Of a stretch of 64,000 nucleotides of DNA, positions 58,797 to 64,000 are shown piece after piece (positions within the stretch are counted from its first letter, which is position 1; each line of letters begins with the position of its first letter). Source of the stretch: an uncultured Gammaproteobacteria bacterium (GTDB lineage: Bacteria; Patescibacteriota; Microgenomatia; Levybacterales; GWA1-39-11); NCBI GenBank assembly GCA_964537315.1, contig CAZIAP010000001.1, forward strand, positions 314,888-378,887, given 5' to 3'. The translations under genes and the position numbers were made by a program. The notes beneath the pieces are model-generated. The model did no database searches, had not been told where the DNA came from, and saw nothing but the letters and a program-made list of their open reading frames with translations.

Positions 58797-59079
58797 CCGA
58801 CCTGCCTTACGACAGATTTGAATAACAGTTGTTCACGCGATATCTCGCGTGCCTCCGACGCAGGTTCTACCTGGATTAGGACTTATCAGACTTTCGGATT
58901 ACCTTGCGCGTGCAAGGCGCTATGATTTCCCTTCTGCGGTTAAAATACCTCCGTCGTGGACCCAAGTAGAGTATTCGAGGTGTCCTTCGAAAGACCGCAA
59001 CAGGGGAACCGTACCGAAAAGCCACTAGCTATTCCTTCCATTAGACGAAAAAAGTAGGGGTAAAGCGGTGTACACCGCA

Positions 59080-59412
59080 CTATACCCTTCTGTTTTGCCG
59101 CAAAGCTCGCTCCTTACTAAAGTCAATAATCTGACTTTGATTACTACGATCACTCGTTTGTGTGTTGCTCAATGAATGTTGAACATACCACGCGCCTGAC
59201 AGAGCGCCAAGTGAAAAGAAAGCTATGCTAACTCCCGGATTATATGCTTTGAACTTCTTTTTGCTAGATCTTTTAGGTAATCTCCTAAAGATTCCCAATC
59301 TCCAACATGTGACCATAGCCAAAAGACATACTACTGCTATAAGCTCAAGAGAGAAATAAAGAGGGAGAGCTATCGTCAAACAAACAGCAAAAACTACTAG
59401 AAACTTCAGCAT
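59080..59412 (-). CDS. Small hypothetical membrane protein (ORFan)
   Basis: 110 aa, 3 hydrophobic segments, GGAAGGG SD-like, dedicated promoter. Confidence 0.6.
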   Translation of the reverse strand: MLKFLVVFAVCLTIALPLYFSLELIAVVCLLAMVTCWRLGIFRRLPKRSSKKKFKAYNPGVSIAFFSLGALSGAWYVQHSLSNTQTSDRSNQSQIIDFSKERALRQNRRV

Positions 59413-59514
59413 CGTTTCTTCCCTTCCAGATAGATGTTAAAGATCTGTTGTGCACTTCACAACAAATTACAGTTCACACTCGCTTCATATGCAAGATGTG
59501 AATTGGTTGCCATA

Positions 59515-59543
59515 AGTATAGTTTGTTAAAAAGTGAGAGTCAA
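59515..59543 (-). promoter_or_regulatory. Sigma70-type promoter
   Basis: TTGACT-17 nt-TATACT. Confidence 0.75.
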
Positions 59544-59723
59544 TAATAATTAAATTGAGAATAAATGAGGATATTTGTATAACCGGGCGGGGTGGACCCG
59601 CCCGGTGTAAGTGGTCAGAGTCGTCAGATGACGAAGTGTTCCGCATAGATCGCGGAGATTCGTACAAATGACAACCTGTCACTCATGCATCTGCTTTCCA
59701 AGCAGAAATTGCGAAATACCAGG

Positions 59724-60014
59724 CTAGGCGTTGAGAAGCATACGGAGCTGGTCTCGATCACACGTTAGACAACGACATTTTCGGCAAAAAATGCCGAAAG
59801 CAATCATGTCGTTCAAAACAGAGCTATCGATCTCCAACCCGAACGGACTCTCACGAGTAAGAGAGTCCAGAGTGGTTCGCAATATGCGCGGATTGCGTTC
59901 CCACTTCTTCTCAAGCTTAGCGAAAACATCCTGCAAATCGATCTCACTGTTAATGTGAGACTTCTTCTCGCTGCTTCGTACAACGACAGAGACCTGTGCC
60001 AGCGTCTGAATCAT
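59724..60014 (-). CDS. Hypothetical protein (ORFan; CxxCxCxxC near C-terminus)
   Basis: 96 aa; ATGA overlap with the upstream ORF. Confidence 0.45.
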   Translation of the reverse strand: MIQTLAQVSVVVRSSEKKSHINSEIDLQDVFAKLEKKWERNPRILRTTLDSLTRESPFGLEIDSSVLNDMIAFGIFCRKCRCLTCDRDQLRMLLNA

Positions 60015-60241
60015 TTTTTCCCCTCCCCCGAGGTTTCAAAAGAACCAAGGCCGATAATGATTTCCTGCATGTATCGAAGGAGTTTTTCAGGATCGTCTTC
60101 GATCCTTACGTTCTCATTGCCATCTTCGGCAAAAGAGATCGTCAACTGATCAGGCTTTACCAATTCAGGCAGCTTCTCATCAGTTGAATTGCCATTTCCT
60201 AAGAAATGGTCGTTCACCGCGCGTTTCCTTTCTGGCTTCAC
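60011..60241 (-). CDS. Hypothetical protein (ORFan)
   Basis: 76 aa, GTG start, coupled to the downstream ORF. Confidence 0.45.
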   Translation of the reverse strand: MKPERKRAVNDHFLGNGNSTDEKLPELVKPDQLTISFAEDGNENVRIEDDPEKLLRYMQEIIIGLGSFETSGEGKK

Positions 60242-60475
60242 TATTAAATATGGATGCCAGAAAGAACCCTTTGTTTCATTACGTCACCCTTCCAGGTAAA
60301 GATGTCAGTAGAGTAAGCGAATGACACTTATTCTACTGACAACGCATAACGGATTGTAAAGACATGCGCACAACTGAACAACAACAGTTGGCACGTTTCA
60401 ACGCTATCGGCTCACGGCATATCCTTTCTCTAAGATCAATGATCTCTGCCTCATCCTGTGATTTATATCACAGAC

Positions 60476-60563
60476 AAAGACCGCCGGAAGAAAAGAGTAA
60501 CTCTCTCCTCTTTCGGCAGTCTTTATAAAGCAGTTTATTGGATTTCGCAATTTTAATGTACTA
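60476..60563 (-). promoter_or_regulatory. Repeated leader hairpin, copy 1
   Basis: tagtacattaaaa, then AAAGACUGCCGAAAGAGGAGAGAG-UUA-CUCUUUUCUUCCGGCGGUCUUU. Confidence 0.65.
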
Positions 60564-60702
60564 GATCTCACATTTTTTTACTTTTACAAAAAGTATATTG
60601 GTGTGGGAGCGCATAAGTCGCGCCCCCACTAAAGAAAACAGGAAGTACCTTCATTTGACGATACATTGACCGCCAAGATAATACCTCCTGTCAAGCTGGA
60701 AC

Positions 60703-60942
60703 CTAATCGGAATGTCCTTTCAATGCATATAGCATTCTGCGTTTTCGATCAATATCACGGTCGCGTGATCTGTGAGGAGCACCATGCTTTCTCTTTAATT
60801 GGTATCGCTTCGCTCGCGACCCCTTCTCTTTTAGTGTCTGAACAGCTTGCATTCGTAACACTTCGAAAAGTGGCTCCATCTCGACGGGCCTCACACCGGA
60901 AATGGAGGTGCCAACAATTGAGAAAGCATAAGATGCTTGCAT
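60703..60942 (-). CDS. Basic hypothetical protein (ORFan)
   Basis: 79 aa; AGGAGG 10 nt upstream of ATG. Confidence 0.45.
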   Translation of the reverse strand: MQASYAFSIVGTSISGVRPVEMEPLFEVLRMQAVQTLKEKGSRAKRYQLKRKHGAPHRSRDRDIDRKRRMLYALKGHSD

Positions 60943-61047
60943 CGTACTAATCCTCCTACGTTTCGTCGAACTTATTAGGATGTATCCTCAAAAGACTTAG
61001 TTATCCTTTCTACTAGGCCTTTATACATAATCGGGACTTCCGACAAA

Positions 61048-61147
61048 CAAAGACCGCGAAAAGAAAAGACAAAAACCTCCTCTTTACGCAGCCCTTGCAA
61101 AAAAACTCCGATTTGAACGGAGTAAATTCCAGTTTTTTAATGTACTA
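61048..61147 (-). promoter_or_regulatory. Repeated leader hairpin, copy 2
   Basis: tagtacattaaaa, then CAAGGGCUGCGUAAAGAGGAGGU-UUUU-GUCUUUUCUUUUCGCGGUCUUUG. Confidence 0.65.
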
Positions 61148-61160
61148 CTTTTAAAAATAA

Positions 61161-61217
61161 AAAAAGCAACCGTTATTAAGATACAAATTGTCTAAGATCT
61201 TAATATGGTTGCTTTTT
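61161..61217. terminator. Bidirectional terminator-like hairpin downstream of lon
   Basis: aaaaagcaacc..tattaagat / atcttaata.ggttgcttttt. Confidence 0.65.
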
Positions 61218-61368
61218 AGTATACGCTTAAAATAATATCCTGTCAATATACTATAAGGATAATTATTATATGAGTGCCTCTTACAAATTTTAATAAATTT
61301 CTGTAAGTTTAACCGAGATCAAGAAGAAAATTTCTTACGAAGCTGATAAAAACTTAATTTCTTATAGG

Positions 61369-63765
61369 TTATTCTGCAGGAGTAGGCTGCATGGAGACAA
61401 AATTCTGTTTTGGTTGTTTTTCGCCTTTAATCTCTTTAAAGCCCGGAAGAGGTTTAGTAAGTGCGATTTTTAATACATCATCCATGTGGCTTACGAATAC
61501 AAACCTAAGATCATTTAATACTTCTTTTGGCACATCTTCCAGATCTTTTCTGTTTTCTTTAGGCATAATAATAGTCTTTAATCCTGCACGGTGCGCAGCA
61601 ATTACTTTTTCTTTAACTCCACCAATTTCAAGAACTCTTCCTCGAAGTGTTACTTCACCGGTCATACCGACTAAGTGGTTAGTAGGAATTTTTGTCAGTG
61701 CTGACACAATAGCTGTAGTAATAGCAGTGCCTGCTGATGGTCCGTCTTTTGGTACAGCACCTTCAGGTACGTGAATATGTACATCTAGTTTGTCATAGAA
61801 ATCTTCTGAGATTCCAAGCTTCTTTGCTCTTGATCTAATATATGACATAGCAGCCTGTGCCGACTCTTTCATTACATCTCCGAGTTTTCCCGTTAATGTA
61901 AGTCTACCCTTTCCAGGCATGAGAGCGATTTCTATGAATAAGATATCTCCTCCAACTTCTGTGTATGCAAGTCCTGTTGCAATTCCGACTTCATCTTTTT
62001 TCTCAGCGATTGTTGATGCAAATTTTGCAGGTCCGAGATACTTGGTTACAGTTCTTTCAGTTACCTCAACTTTTTTCTTCTTTCCTTCAGCTACTCCTTT
62101 TGCTACTTTTCTCATTACTGCAGCTATCTCTCTCTCAAGACTCCTTACTCCTGCTTCACGAGTATAACGTCGGATGATAAACCGTAACGCACCATCTGTA
62201 ATTGATACATTCTCTTTCTTCAAACCATGTGCTTCGCGCTGTTTTTTGATTAGAAAGTCTTTTGCGATATGGAACTTCTCGTCTTCTGTGTAACCTGCAA
62301 ACCTAATTATTTCCAATCTGTCACGAAGTGCAGGTGGGATAGTATCAAGCATGTTTGCAGTTGTGATAAACATTACATCCGAGAGATCAAAATCTACGTC
62401 AAGATAATGATCGCCAAACTTGCTGTTCTGCTCTGGATCAAGTGCTTCAAGTAATGCTGCTGTTGGATCTCCGCGGAAATCTACCCCTACTTTATCAATC
62501 TCATCAAGCATGAAGACTGGGTTTTTGGTACCTGCGTCCTTAATTCCTTGTATCATACGACCTGGCAGAGCACCTACATAGGTTCGTCTATGTCCTCTTA
62601 TCTCTGCCTCATCACGAACTCCTCCAAGTGATAGTTTCACAAATTTTCTGTTAAGTGATTTGGCGATTGATTTACAAATAGATGTTTTACCAACTCCTGG
62701 TGGACCTACAAAACATATAATTGGTCCTTTCATTTTTCCTGACAATTTGTGTACTGCCAAGTACTCGATAATTCTTTCTTTTACTTTTTCAAGTCCATAG
62801 TGATCTTCATCAAGTACAGCAGCTGCTTTTTTCATATCAAGTGAAGTCTTTGATTTTTTATTCCATGGTAGGGATACGAGCCACTCTAAATAATTGCGGA
62901 TGTATCCTGCTTCTGGATTATATGGGGTTGTTTGCTGAAGTTTGCGTAACTCTTTGCGGGCTTTGTCCTCAACATCTTTTGGCATTCCTGCCTTACGTAT
63001 TTTATCGAGAAGCTCACGTACCTCTCCTCCCTCATCTGACTCACCGAGCTCTTTTTCTATTGTCTTTAGACGCTCTCTTAGAATTGCTTCTTTTGCATTT
63101 TTCTCAAATTGCTCTTGGGTTTTTGAAGCAATCTTTCGTTCAAGTTCGAGAACTTTTACTTCACGGGAAAGAAACTCTGATACTTTTTCAAGACGTTTTT
63201 TAACATCTATGGTTTCTAAAATCTCCTGTCGTTCGCTACCTTTTATATCAAGTGTAGATGCGATCTGATCTGCCAGTTCACCTGGTGTAATTTCAGACAT
63301 TATATTCATAAACACGAGAAAGTCTGCCTGCTTTCCATAATTAAGAGCTTTTTTGAATTCACTGATTAAGTGGTTGGTGAGTGCTTTAATTTCGGCGTTA
63401 CCAGTATCTCCCTCGTCAATTTCTTCAATTTCTGCGAGTAAGTAGTTACCCTTGTCTTCGTATGAAATTATTTTAGATCGATTAAGACCTCGGACAAGTG
63501 CATTTACTTCTCCGTCAGAACGAATCATACGTTCTATATGAGATACTGTTCCCATAGAATAAAGGTCTTCAGGGCTTGGATCATTTTGTCGTGGATTTTT
63601 CTGTAGAACAAAACAAACAACACGCTCTCCTGCAAATGCTGACTCAAGAGCTGCCAAACTTTTTGGTCTTCCGAAAGTCAAAATACTTTCAGTATGGGGA
63701 AATACAATACCGTCTCTAATTGGTATTACTGGAATCAATTTTCTGTTTGATGAAGTTAGATTCAT
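61369..63765 (-). CDS. lon: ATP-dependent protease La
   Basis: LON N-domain, GPPGVGKTS, DEAEIRGHRRTY, PKDGPSAG, MTGEVTLRG, GGVKEK. Confidence 0.98.
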   Translation of the reverse strand: MNLTSSNRKLIPVIPIRDGIVFPHTESILTFGRPKSLAALESAFAGERVVCFVLQKNPRQNDPSPEDLYSMGTVSHIERMIRSDGEVNALVRGLNRSKIISYEDKGNYLLAEIEEIDEGDTGNAEIKALTNHLISEFKKALNYGKQADFLVFMNIMSEITPGELADQIASTLDIKGSERQEILETIDVKKRLEKVSEFLSREVKVLELERKIASKTQEQFEKNAKEAILRERLKTIEKELGESDEGGEVRELLDKIRKAGMPKDVEDKARKELRKLQQTTPYNPEAGYIRNYLEWLVSLPWNKKSKTSLDMKKAAAVLDEDHYGLEKVKERIIEYLAVHKLSGKMKGPIICFVGPPGVGKTSICKSIAKSLNRKFVKLSLGGVRDEAEIRGHRRTYVGALPGRMIQGIKDAGTKNPVFMLDEIDKVGVDFRGDPTAALLEALDPEQNSKFGDHYLDVDFDLSDVMFITTANMLDTIPPALRDRLEIIRFAGYTEDEKFHIAKDFLIKKQREAHGLKKENVSITDGALRFIIRRYTREAGVRSLEREIAAVMRKVAKGVAEGKKKKVEVTERTVTKYLGPAKFASTIAEKKDEVGIATGLAYTEVGGDILFIEIALMPGKGRLTLTGKLGDVMKESAQAAMSYIRSRAKKLGISEDFYDKLDVHIHVPEGAVPKDGPSAGTAITTAIVSALTKIPTNHLVGMTGEVTLRGRVLEIGGVKEKVIAAHRAGLKTIIMPKENRKDLEDVPKEVLNDLRFVFVSHMDDVLKIALTKPLPGFKEIKGEKQPKQNFVSMQPTPAE

Positions 63766-63774
63766 AATTTAACT

Positions 63775-63808
63775 TTAGCAGTGTAACAACTTCTTTGCTA
63801 ATTGTCAA
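63775..63808 (-). promoter_or_regulatory. lon promoter overlapped by a CIRCE-like operator
   Basis: TTGACA-17-TACACT (63808-63780); TTAGCAgtg-N9-cttTGCTAA (63775-63801). Confidence 0.75.
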
Positions 63809-64000
63809 CCCCGACTCACAATCGGGATTAATAGATTATGGTGTAAGAAAATATAAATATAATGATTTCGGGTATAGAGTAATTATAATACGTTTCAAAT
63901 ATAAAATACACGTAAGAGAATGAGTTGTTGACACTATTCCATTTCAGGAGTACAATTGATCGTTGTCCCTCTCATAATAGTTTTACAAAAGCGCTGTACA

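Noticed and set aside
58860-58900. Hammerhead ribozyme (minus strand CTGATAAGTCC)
   Set aside because: The core is CUGAUAA rather than CUGAnGA, and no GAAA follows stem II.
59582-59606. Perfect 10-bp GC hairpin as an intrinsic terminator
   Set aside because: No U-tract on either strand; function unclear, so not called.
61391-63268. Plus-strand ORFs antisense to lon, and similar short antisense ORFs throughout the glycan locus
   Set aside because: Shadow frames of well-supported genes, with no motifs or initiation signals.
1-64000. Alternative genetic code (TGA=Gly as in Gracilibacteria/Absconditabacteria)
   Set aside because: Genes are full length under code 11, and several end in TGA with ATGA overlaps.

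Overview
64 kb of an AT-rich bacterial chromosome. It is very probably a Patescibacteria/CPR genome of Microgenomates type, inferred from a DUF5652-like gene, a tRNA-adjacent GIY-YIG gene, the GT-C expansion and short or leaderless 5' ends. TGA acts as a stop, so the code is standard. Positions 1-44.8 kb form one almost entirely minus-strand glycosylation super-locus: about 16 GT-C-type membrane glycosyltransferases, 4 DPM1-like polyprenyl-phosphate-sugar synthases, 2 Wzx-like flippases, several GT2/GT4 enzymes, galE, fcl and acetyl-/methyltransferases. Positions 44.8-55 kb hold fabD, maf, a MazG-like gene, a VOC dioxygenase/esterase pair, a broken GH26 gene, PRC-barrel and GlsB genes and a YcnI/YibE-F group. 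Positions 55-58.7 kb are a nuclease-rich candidate defence island ending at tRNA-Glu(CTC). Positions 58.7-61.3 kb contain small ORFans with repeated structured leaders, followed by lon under a CIRCE-like operator. The most striking unexplained signal is a family of 7-nt-periodic repeat arrays. They occur as inverted pairs of constant polarity, enclose a four-helix-bundle (IVS/Avd-like) gene in a stem-loop, and recur as empty hairpins between genes and as in-frame insertions inside glycosyltransferase genes. All family assignments come from motif recognition by eye; no database search was run.
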